From IMG/VR virus record IMGVR_UViG_3300024265_000044: DNA of 64,000 bases; one strand, given 5' to 3'. Numbering within the stretch: position 1 is the first letter of the stretch; each line of letters opens with the position of its first letter. A model generated the notes under the pieces. It ran no database searches, was not told the origin of the DNA, and saw only the letters and a list, made by a program, of their open reading frames with translations. Made by a program: the position numbers and the translations under genes. Below, one piece after another: positions 1-7,001 of this stretch. The DNA comes from an uncultured virus (IMG/VR IMGVR_UViG_3300024265_000044) (lineage: Duplodnaviria > Heunggongvirae > Uroviricota > Caudoviricetes).

Positions 1-84
1 GTTCAGATTCGCGACGGCCCTTCTTGGACAATTTCAAAAGTCCGGATCGTTTTTAACCTGGAGGGCTCGACGTTTTAGAGGACG

Positions 85-753
85 GTGCCGAAGCAAACCA
101 AGCGACTCGAAAGCCGGTCGCAATTTGCCGCGACGTGCGGCGTGTCACCGGCGGCAATCACCAAGGCATGCCGGAACGTCCTATCGGCTGCGAAGGTCCG
201 CGACCGCATCGACATCGACCACCCGGCCGCCAAGAAATACGCGCGAGGCCACAAGCGCCGACCCGCCCGCGCTCAGATGGATCCGGCCAAACCGGCGAAA
301 GCCAAGGCCCGCGCCAAGAAGAAACCCGGTGGTCCTCCTCGAAGTGATACCGCGGAACCGACCGAGCTCCGCTCGAATGCCTTCGACATCAACGACTATC
401 TCGACCTTACCTTGCGCGAGCTCCTCGACCGGTTCGGAACGGAGCGCACGGTCAAGGACTGGCTCGAAGCGGCCAAGAAGATCGAGGACGTCCGATCGTC
501 GCGGCTCGCGTCCGACAAGCTCCAAGGCAAGTTGATCTCGCGCGAGCTCGTCAAGCAACACGTTTTCGGATGGCTCGATTCGGGACTACGCCGGCTCGTC
601 ACCGATTCACCGCGGACAATTAGCCGGCGCGTCTACGCCGCGGCGAAAGCCGGCGAGTCACTCGAGCGCGCGGAGGCCATCGTACGCGAGCTCATCGAGT
701 CACAGCTTCGACCGATGAAAGCGAACGCGGCGCGCATCCTCCGCAAGGGATGA
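85..753 (+). CDS. Terminase small subunit, Nu1-like (TerS-1)
   Basis: N-terminal HTH (SRSQFAATCGVSPAAITKAC) and C-terminal KKIEDVRSSRLASDKLQGKLISRELVK helix typical of Nu1-type TerS; upstream of a GpA-type TerL. Confidence 0.7.
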   Translation: MPKQTKRLESRSQFAATCGVSPAAITKACRNVLSAAKVRDRIDIDHPAAKKYARGHKRRPARAQMDPAKPAKAKARAKKKPGGPPRSDTAEPTELRSNAFDINDYLDLTLRELLDRFGTERTVKDWLEAAKKIEDVRSSRLASDKLQGKLISRELVKQHVFGWLDSGLRRLVTDSPRTISRRVYAAAKAGESLERAEAIVRELIESQLRPMKANAARILRKG

Positions 754-855
754 TCCCCACGATCCCTCGGTCAATCGCGCGCGCACAAGACCACCGACCG
801 AGACGGCGCGTATAGCTAGAGCCGTCGAGGTTGCGAACAGCATCGGAGGTGAACC

Positions 856-939
856 ATGCCGGGAACGTGGCCGAAAGGTCACACGCGGCGGCCGCGGCCG
901 TCATCGTTCCCTACCAACCACAACCATTTCAAGTTTTGA
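856..939 (+). CDS. Putative 27-aa peptide MPGTWPKGHTRRPRPSSFPTNHNHFKF (not in ORF track)
   Basis: Strong SD GGAGGTGA at 845-852, ATG 856, TGA 937-939, followed by a hairpin. Confidence 0.4.
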   Translation: MPGTWPKGHTRRPRPSSFPTNHNHFKF

Positions 940-946
940 AATGCCA

Positions 947-980
947 GGCGGCGGCCCGTCAAGCTAGCGGGTCGCCGCCG
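947..980 (+). terminator. GC-rich hairpin between convergent genes
   Basis: GGCGGCGGCCCG-TCAAGCTAG-CGGGTCGCCGCC; 12-bp stem with a G-U pair on the + strand; no clear U-tract. Confidence 0.5.
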
Positions 981-986
981 AATGAC

Positions 987-1586
987 TTACCAACCGGTGC
1001 CGGAATCGGGCGGTCCGCCATCGTCCTCGTCGGACTCCTCGTCGAGTACCTCGATTGTGACGCGACACCGCTGTCCGTCAAAGTTCATCGGGGCAAACTG
1101 ACACACAACGTCTACCTCCGCCGACGACTCGCTAACCATCGACAGCGGCCCCTGGATCGGTTCGATCGCCTTCGTATGCTTCGCGCGGAAAACCATGCGG
1201 TGCAGCCCTTCGTCGTACTCGACAAGTCCCTCCCACACATATTGCGTTGCGTCGCCGACACCGTTGAAACCGGTGAAGGTGATCGCCTCGCCGCTACCAA
1301 ACTTTATCAAGGCTTTGCTCGCGGCGTAGTAAGGCCAGCAGTAATCGATCACGGCGACACTCTTGCCGTTAGGGTGGACAGCGGCACCAAACGGAGCGAG
1401 CACCTCGGCCAATGCCTCTAGTGAATCCGCCGCACGTTGAATGATCTCGTTCTTTCCGTCTGCGCCACAATCGCAGACCGGATTAGACGAAGCATCGAGT
1501 GTCGCCTTGGGGCAATTCTCGTTGGAGCCCGTATCGAAGAGGTGCTCGACCTCTACGGCTCGAAGCTGTTTCGATGTGTCGTTCAT
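987..1586 (-). CDS. Hypothetical protein (starts MNDTSKQ)
   Basis: ATGA overlap with the upstream gene; last gene of the leftward cassette. Confidence 0.65.
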   Translation of the reverse strand: MNDTSKQLRAVEVEHLFDTGSNENCPKATLDASSNPVCDCGADGKNEIIQRAADSLEALAEVLAPFGAAVHPNGKSVAVIDYCWPYYAASKALIKFGSGEAITFTGFNGVGDATQYVWEGLVEYDEGLHRMVFRAKHTKAIEPIQGPLSMVSESSAEVDVVCQFAPMNFDGQRCRVTIEVLDEESDEDDGGPPDSGTGW

Positions 1587-1867
1587 GACTTCACCAACCG
1601 ATCGGGCACACGGCCCCAAGTGCCAAACTTGTCGCGGACCGCGGCGAGCTCGCTCGAGTCCGCGATCCAAGTCGTGAGGGATCGCGAGGTGATGCCAAGC
1701 TCGTCGGCCGCGGGGATGGTGCGGCCCTTGTGCTTTCGCAAGACCTTGCAAACGTGAGCGACCGCCGCGGCCTTGAGGCGCGGGATCGAGCACCTCAGCG
1801 CATGCCCGAGGGCTTGGCCGTCGGTGGCGATGGTGCGGCCAGTGCGGCCGTCTGTTTTAGTTTTCAT
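1583..1867 (-). CDS. Small HTH DNA-binding protein (Fis-like)
   Basis: IPAADELGITSRSLTTWI helix-turn-helix; ATGA-coupled to both neighbours. Confidence 0.7.
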   Translation of the reverse strand: MKTKTDGRTGRTIATDGQALGHALRCSIPRLKAAAVAHVCKVLRKHKGRTIPAADELGITSRSLTTWIADSSELAAVRDKFGTWGRVPDRLVKS

Positions 1868-2844
1868 TGAGGTCCTCTGCTTTCAAGTTGCTTGATGATG
1901 TGTCCGATCACTTCGGCGCATTGCGGGACGACGGAGTTTCCGAGGGCTCGCAGTCGGTGTGCCCGATTGGGAATCCCATGAGTGCCTCGACGAACCACGG
2001 GTTCAGGACCACCCGCTCGGACATAGGCGTCCCAGTCACCGTTGGGTCCTGGCGGCCAGTTGACTCCCCGGTCGTCACCGCGTCTGTCAGACTGAGTCCC
2101 GCGTGAGCTTTGCTCGTCGGTGTGTTGCGGGAGCCGCCAGCCCTCGCGTCGCCGGCTGTCGCTGTCGGCCACATCGTTCGCACCGTGTGTGTGAGTGACC
2201 GCCCTTGTTTTCGATTCCGTCGATCGTTGCTGCGCTTCGTTTCGGTTGCCAGAGGCGTCGGCCATTCGATCGCATCCGTCACCAGATCCCGTTGACCCCC
2301 GCGACCTGGCCCCTTCGGCGTTCGTCGCGGTCCTCGCCCAGCGTCGCCCGCCATGGGCGTCGTCCAGTCTCCAGGCAACGATAAAGATCCGCTCGCGGCG
2401 ATGGGGCGCTCCAACGTCGGCAGCTCGTAAAGGGAGCCAGATCGCATCATACCCGCCCGCGGCAAGGTCACTGAGGACGTGATCGAGTCCTCGAATAACG
2501 AGCGCTGCAACATTTTCAATGACGACGAAGCGCGGTCGAAGCTCGCGAATGACGCGCGCCATTTCGAACCAAAGGCCGCTTCGATCACCGTCGAGGCCAG
2601 CGCCCTTGCCCGCCGAGCTGATATCTTGGCAGGGAAACCCTCCGCAGATGAGGTCGACTCTTTCGAGGCACTCGGCTCCGACTGTTTCGATTTGTTCATG
2701 GCGTTTTACCTCCGGCCAATGTTTGCTCAGGATGCTTCTACAAAACGCGTTGGATTCGACTTGCCACACCGTGCGACCGAGCCCGGCCCATTCGAGGCCA
2801 AGCTCTAAGCCGCCGATCCCGCTGAACAGTGAACCGATCCGCAT
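1864..2844 (-). CDS. dcm: C5-cytosine DNA methyltransferase, large (alpha) subunit
   Basis: Motifs I (SLFSGIGG), IV (GGFPCQD), VI (ENV), VIII (HRRERIFIVA) and X (LGNSV); motif IX not in this frame. Confidence 0.92.
   Translation of the reverse strand: MRIGSLFSGIGGLELGLEWAGLGRTVWQVESNAFCRSILSKHWPEVKRHEQIETVGAECLERVDLICGGFPCQDISSAGKGAGLDGDRSGLWFEMARVIRELRPRFVVIENVAALVIRGLDHVLSDLAAGGYDAIWLPLRAADVGAPHRRERIFIVAWRLDDAHGGRRWARTATNAEGARSRGSTGSGDGCDRMADASGNRNEAQQRSTESKTRAVTHTHGANDVADSDSRRREGWRLPQHTDEQSSRGTQSDRRGDDRGVNWPPGPNGDWDAYVRAGGPEPVVRRGTHGIPNRAHRLRALGNSVVPQCAEVIGHIIKQLESRGPQ
1908..2699 (-). CDS. C5 methyltransferase small (beta) subunit in an overlapping frame
   Basis: Own SD GGAGGT 8 nt before ATG 2699; WTTP/WPTP/WPTA repeats; motif-IX-like LNPWFVEALMGFP. 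Confidence 0.8.
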   Translation of the reverse strand: MNKSKQSEPSASKESTSSAEGFPAKISARRARALASTVIEAAFGSKWRASFASFDRASSSLKMLQRSLFEDSITSSVTLPRAGMMRSGSLYELPTLERPIAASGSLSLPGDWTTPMAGDAGRGPRRTPKGPGRGGQRDLVTDAIEWPTPLATETKRSNDRRNRKQGRSLTHTVRTMWPTATAGDARAGGSRNTPTSKAHAGLSLTDAVTTGESTGRQDPTVTGTPMSERVVLNPWFVEALMGFPIGHTDCEPSETPSSRNAPK

Positions 2845-2848
2845 GGCC

Positions 2849-3097
2849 TCAGTCCTCGATGATGAATGCGTGGAATTTGTCGACCTTGCCAACGCGACGC
2901 TCGCGGCCTTCGGCGATGATGCGATAAACGATGCCTTCGGCGTCCACGCGGTAGCCGGCCTCGGGTCGGTGCGGCGTTTGGTGCCATGAGCCATCGACAT
3001 CGGACCAACGGAGGTAGCCGCTTGTGAGGGCGCTGTTCTCGATGCCGGTGAGGACCCAACGAAGGGCGGCGTTCAGGTCGGTGCGTCGGTCGGTCAT
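2849..3097 (-). CDS. Hypothetical protein
   Basis: 82 aa; SD GGAG; coupled to the upstream ORF by ATGA. Confidence 0.65.
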   Translation of the reverse strand: MTDRRTDLNAALRWVLTGIENSALTSGYLRWSDVDGSWHQTPHRPEAGYRVDAEGIVYRIIAEGRERRVGKVDKFHAFIIED

Positions 3098-3225
3098 TTG
3101 CTGATCTCCGTGGGATTGAGCTCGCGGACGAAGCGCCCGGATGGGTTTGAGTTTCCGGCGAGGACTCCGACGAGGGCCGCGACGAGAGCCGCCGCTTGAA
3201 TCGCCCTTCGAGTCCCGTTCGCCAT
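3094..3225 (-). CDS. 43-aa protein with hydrophobic stretch, probably leaderless (not in ORF track)
   Basis: MANGTRRAIQAAALVAALVGVLAGNSNPSGRFVRELNPTEISK; ATG at the predicted +1 of promoter P1. Confidence 0.55.
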   Translation of the reverse strand: MANGTRRAIQAAALVAALVGVLAGNSNPSGRFVRELNPTEISK

Positions 3226-3231
3226 GAGTTA

Positions 3232-3260
3232 GTTATAGGAAACCGCTTTCCGATACGCAA
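3232..3260 (-). promoter_or_regulatory. Sigma70 promoter P1 with palindromic operator in the spacer
   Basis: TTGCGT-ATCGGAAAGCGGTTTCC(17)-TATAAC. Confidence 0.85.
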
Positions 3261-3339
3261 GGCCAAATCGGATCTATTTTCGAGGGCCTCGCCTGTTCAG
3301 TGGGAGGGGCCCCGGTGGCCCCCCCCCTCTCGCCGTGGC

Positions 3340-3693
3340 TCAGTAGCCCCAAGCCGCGTCGCTGTAGCCCTTGAGCTGGCGACACGCCGCCGAGAGGATG
3401 GCCTCGCACACCTTGGCGGCGTGGCTGTCGGCCCAGCCCTCATGCTCACAGGCCTGGTACTGGTAGCAGTGGACGGCCTTGAGGATGCGGACCGGCTCGC
3501 CCGCGGTGGCGACACGCTCGAAGGTGAAGGCGTCGGCGTCGCTCTCGCTGTAGCGATGGTTCACGCTTCGGACGTTCTCGGCGTGGAGCTCGATGGCGAG
3601 CGCCTCGGCCTCGTTGCGGTCGCAAATGTTGTTCTCGCTGGCGAAGGTGGCGAGGGCTGAGATGTGGCGGTCGTCGCAGATGAATGAGCTCAT
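3340..3693 (-). CDS. Phage early-region hypothetical protein (starts MSSFICDD)
   Basis: SD AAGGAGA; first gene after P2; ENVRSVNHRY and CYQYQACEH motifs. Confidence 0.8.
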   Translation of the reverse strand: MSSFICDDRHISALATFASENNICDRNEAEALAIELHAENVRSVNHRYSESDADAFTFERVATAGEPVRILKAVHCYQYQACEHEGWADSHAAKVCEAILSAACRQLKGYSDAAWGY

Positions 3694-3729
3694 GGGTCGG
3701 TCTCCTTGGTGGTTCCTGTTGACCCCCTT

Positions 3730-3758
3730 GTTATAGGAAACCGCTTTCCGATGGTCAA
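3730..3758 (-). promoter_or_regulatory. Sigma70 promoter P2 with palindromic operator
   Basis: TTGACC-ATCGGAAAGCGGTTTCC(17)-TATAAC. Confidence 0.9.
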
Positions 3759-3807
3759 CAATAAAACGCACCCGAGGCGATCTTTTTTCTCCCTCCCCTC
3801 TGTTCAG

Positions 3808-3848
3808 TAGAAAAGGCGACGGCCCCGAGCTTTCGCCAGGGGCCGTGG
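3808..3848 (-). terminator. Intrinsic terminator after the 67-aa gene
   Basis: Minus strand ACGGCCCC-TGGCGAAAGCTC-GGGGCCGT followed by CGCCTTTTCT. Confidence 0.65.
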
Positions 3849-3867
3849 GACGGGCGGGCCAGAAGCC

Positions 3868-4071
3868 TTAGGCGAGGTCCTCGGTGTGCAAGGCGAGCTC
3901 CTCGGCATCGCCATCGAAGTCGTCGGAGGCCACGAGAGCATCAACGTCGATGAGGTCGGCGGGGTAGTCGGTGAAAACAGCGCCGTGAGCGCCGACGCGG
4001 ATGCGGCCGTCCTCGGTCTCGGCAACGAAGCAATCAACGGTTTCGTGGATGATGTTGGTGATGGTGTTCAT
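3868..4071 (-). CDS. Small highly acidic protein (67 aa)
   Basis: 17 D/E versus 2 R and 0 K; SD AAGGAG; monocistronic between P3 and a terminator. Confidence 0.8.
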   Translation of the reverse strand: MNTITNIIHETVDCFVAETEDGRIRVGAHGAVFTDYPADLIDVDALVASDDFDGDAEELALHTEDLA

Positions 4072-4104
4072 GGTCTCGGCTCCTTGGTTCCTGCTGACTC
4101 CTGA

Positions 4105-4133
4105 AGTATAGGAAACCGCTTTCCGAAGTGCAA
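4105..4133 (-). promoter_or_regulatory. Sigma70 promoter P3 with palindromic operator
   Basis: TTGCAC-TTCGGAAAGCGGTTTCC(17)-TATACT. Confidence 0.85.
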
Positions 4134-4152
4134 GCCCAAATCGGATCTATTT

Positions 4153-4180
4153 TTGACGCGGCGCGCTTGTTCAGTATCCT
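4153..4180 (+). promoter_or_regulatory. Candidate rightward promoter for TerS-2/TerL, divergent from P3
   Basis: TTGACG-16 nt-TATCCT, 9 nt before ATG 4190. Confidence 0.5.
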
Positions 4181-4189
4181 GTGGGCACG

Positions 4190-4690
4190 ATGGCGAAATC
4201 GAAGCTCACCCCTGAAAACGTCTCGACGTTCATCGAGGCCATCAAGGACGGCAACTATCGGAAGCACGCGGCCGCGCTCATCGGGGCCGACGAGCGGACG
4301 GTCAAGCGGTGGATGAGCCTCGGCGAGCTCCCCAAGGCCAAGGAGCCGTTCAAGTCATTCGCGGCCAAGGTCGTCGCGGCCGAGGGCGAGTCCCTCACCG
4401 AGCAAGTCCGGAACATCACGCGAGCCGGCAAGAAAGATTGGCGCGCTTCGGCGTGGTACGTCGCGCGCAAAGCCGGCAACGAATTCGGAACCAAAGCCCT
4501 CCAAGGAGCGACCCACGATGACCGCATCAAGGATCAACTCAACGCGCTCCTCGAATGCGTTGAGGACGTTCTAGGTCGCGACGATGCCGCAAGGGTCCTT
4601 GACGAGATTGCTCGGCGAGCTGGCAAGCCAGAGGTCGGCCCGGCTGTCGATGACGACGCCGGAACCGGAAAGCGACCCAAGCTCCACTGA
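4190..4690 (+). CDS. HTH protein, probable second terminase small subunit (TerS-2)
   Basis: KLTPE...IEAIKDGNYRKHAAALIGADERTVKRW and DWRASAWYVARK pattern recalled from an HTH-type TerS family; overlaps the TerL start. Confidence 0.65.
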   Translation: MAKSKLTPENVSTFIEAIKDGNYRKHAAALIGADERTVKRWMSLGELPKAKEPFKSFAAKVVAAEGESLTEQVRNITRAGKKDWRASAWYVARKAGNEFGTKALQGATHDDRIKDQLNALLECVEDVLGRDDAARVLDEIARRAGKPEVGPAVDDDAGTGKRPKLH

Positions 4691-6728
4691 GGAGCACACC
4701 GACGACGTCCAGATCCGAAACTTCGACCGCTACGGTGAGATCGATTGGGAGGCCGAGGAGCGCGAATGGTTGGCGCTTCAATTCGAAGCGCTCACGACCG
4801 AGCTCGTTGTTGTAAAGCCCAGCGAATGGGCCGAGGCGTCGCGCTACCTTCCGCCAAGCGTCACCTCGATGCCGGGCTATTATCGGTTCGACGTCGCGCC
4901 GTACCTTCGCGAGATCCTCGATTGCCTGAGCGTCAACAGTCCGATCCGTTTGATCGCGATCATGAAGGCGGCCCAGATCGGGATCACCGTCGGCGTCATC
5001 GAGAACGCGATCGGTTATTTCATCGCGCACATCAAGACGGCGCCGGTGATGATGGTCACCGCCGACGGCGAGCTCGCAAAGCTCCGCATGGAGGCGAACA
5101 TCACGCCGATGCTCGTCCACTCTGGTTTGGCCGACCTCATCAAGGCGTCGGACGCCAACCGCGGACGCAAAACCGGTTGGACTGAGAAAAAACTCGAATG
5201 GGAGGGCGGCGGCTATCTCGTCCCCCTCGGAGCTCAGAACGCGAACAAGCTCCGATCGGCTTCGATCCAAATCCTACTTCGCGACGAGATCGACGGCTGG
5301 CCACTGGCCAACAAGGACGGCGACCCGCTCAAGCTCGTCGAGGCGCGTACCAAGGGCTTCGAGGAGTCGCGCAAGATCCTCGACTGCTCGACGCCGGGCA
5401 TCAAGGGCGCCTCGAAGATCCACGAGCAATTCATGCTCGGCGATCAACGTTTCTACTTCGTCAAGTGCCTCGGGTGCGAGCACTCGCAAACGTTGCGGTG
5501 GAAGCGCACCAACAAAGAGACCGGCGAGATCACCGGCATCGTGTGGGACATGAAGGGCGGCAAGCTCGTCCCCGGTTCGGTTCGATACAAGTGCGAGGAG
5601 TGCGGACACCCGCACATCAACGATGACAAAATGCGTTTGTTATCGCCGGACCATGGCGCCGAATGGCGGCCGACCGCGGTGCCGGCGCATCCCGACAACC
5701 GGAGCTACCACATCAACGCGCTCTATTCCCCGGTTGGAATGCAAACCTGGGAGGCTTGCGTGCGAGAGTGGTTGCAGGCTTGGGACGAAGAGCGGAACGA
5801 ACCGATCGACGTCACGGCCCTCCAGACTTTCTACAACAACATCCTCGGCGAACCCTTCGAGGTGCGCGGCGAAAAGGTCCGCTTCGAGTCGGTGTCGGCT
5901 CACCGGCGCGACTATCACTTTGGCGAGGTGCCGAACAAGCTGGCCGAGGCCTACACCGGCGCGCCGATCATGTTGCTCACCGGCGCGGTCGACATTCACA
6001 AAGACAATCTCGCCGTCGCCGTTTTCGGATGGTGCCACGGTCGGACGTGCTTCCTCATCGACTATTGGCGTTTCGAGGGGGACACCGAGAACCTCGAGGA
6101 CGCCGGGACATGGGGACGACTGCGCGAGCTCGTCGAAGGAGCGGCCTATCACGGCGACGACGGCAAGCGGTATCCGCTCCCCGTTGTTCTCGTTGACTCA
6201 GGGTATCGCGCGGATCAGGCGTACCAATTCGCCAACGAATATGCGTCCAACGTCTACCCGATCAAAGGTCGCGAGATGGCGCCGAAGGGCGCGACGCTTC
6301 GAGAGTTTTCAGAATTCACGACGCCGATGGGAACCGTCGCGTTTAGCGTCACGGTCGACCTCTACAAAGAACGATGGCACGGCGCGCTCAAGCGCAATTG
6401 GAGCGGCATCGATCGCCAACCAACCGGACACTTCAACGCACCTCGAGACGCGGACGATAAGCAGCTCAAGGAGCTCACCGCCGAGTCGAAGCGTCCAAAG
6501 GTTCACAAGACCACCGGCCGACGCATCGGATTCGAGTGGCACCGACCATCGGGATCGCGAAACGAGCTTTGGGATCTCCTCGTCTACAACGCCGCCGCGC
6601 TCGACATGTTGGCTTGGAATGTTTGCGTGGGGCAGCTCGAAATGGACAACGTCAATTGGCCCGAGTTTTGGCATCTCTGCAAAGAGGGCAACGCCGAGGG
6701 TGGGCCGATGTTTTACGAGAACAAGTAA
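4650..6728 (+). CDS. terL: Terminase large subunit, lambda GpA family
   Basis: KAAQIGIT Walker A, LLRDEID Walker B, CSTP, CLGC/CEEC zinc site, GAVDIH and VDSGY nuclease motifs, NELWDLLVY. Confidence 0.95.
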   Translation: MTTPEPESDPSSTEEHTDDVQIRNFDRYGEIDWEAEEREWLALQFEALTTELVVVKPSEWAEASRYLPPSVTSMPGYYRFDVAPYLREILDCLSVNSPIRLIAIMKAAQIGITVGVIENAIGYFIAHIKTAPVMMVTADGELAKLRMEANITPMLVHSGLADLIKASDANRGRKTGWTEKKLEWEGGGYLVPLGAQNANKLRSASIQILLRDEIDGWPLANKDGDPLKLVEARTKGFEESRKILDCSTPGIKGASKIHEQFMLGDQRFYFVKCLGCEHSQTLRWKRTNKETGEITGIVWDMKGGKLVPGSVRYKCEECGHPHINDDKMRLLSPDHGAEWRPTAVPAHPDNRSYHINALYSPVGMQTWEACVREWLQAWDEERNEPIDVTALQTFYNNILGEPFEVRGEKVRFESVSAHRRDYHFGEVPNKLAEAYTGAPIMLLTGAVDIHKDNLAVAVFGWCHGRTCFLIDYWRFEGDTENLEDAGTWGRLRELVEGAAYHGDDGKRYPLPVVLVDSGYRADQAYQFANEYASNVYPIKGREMAPKGATLREFSEFTTPMGTVAFSVTVDLYKERWHGALKRNWSGIDRQPTGHFNAPRDADDKQLKELTAESKRPKVHKTTGRRIGFEWHRPSGSRNELWDLLVYNAAALDMLAWNVCVGQLEMDNVNWPEFWHLCKEGNAEGGPMFYENK

Positions 6729-6737
6729 CCGCACCGC

Positions 6738-7001
6738 ATGGCAACAACCGCACTCGACGATCAATGGCTCGCGGATCGAATCGCCGCAACCAAGGCGCTC
6801 ATCATCGCCACAGAAGCCGCGATCACTCAGGTCGCGGCCGGGGCGCAGTCGTACACACTTGACAGCGGACAGACTCGCCAGAGCGTCACGCGCGGCACGC
6901 TCGGATCGCTTCGGCTTTCGCTCGATCAACTCGACAACCGGCTTGCAACCCTCGACGCTCGTCGGTGTGGTGCTGGCTTCTACGGGCGGCCGGTGACCTG
7001 A
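6738..7001 (+). CDS. Head-tail joining protein, gpW-like
   Basis: 87 aa between TerL and portal; AQSYTLDSGQTRQSVTR. Confidence 0.75.
   Translation: MATTALDDQWLADRIAATKALIIATEAAITQVAAGAQSYTLDSGQTRQSVTRGTLGSLRLSLDQLDNRLATLDARRCGAGFYGRPVT

Noticed and set aside
858..900. c-di-GMP-I riboswitch-like GAAA hairpin
   Set aside because: Only the tetraloop stem resembles it; the other conserved elements and the receptor stem are not evident
692..904. 70-aa minus-strand ORF
   Set aside because: It overlaps the terS end, lies beyond the hairpin closing the leftward operon and conflicts with the better-signalled + strand peptide; not fully excluded
3232..4133. The three repeats as a mini-CRISPR or att sites
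   Set aside because: They are 370-500 bp apart with genes between them and fit -35/-10 geometry exactly; no recombinase is in the window
4159..4175. Myxococcus-type LexA box
   Set aside because: Only the GTTCAG half matches here and at the other copies
5623..6996. 457-aa alternative-frame ORF inside terL
   Set aside because: R/S/T-rich shadow frame typical of GC-rich DNA; no motifs or SD, unlike the methyltransferase beta ORF
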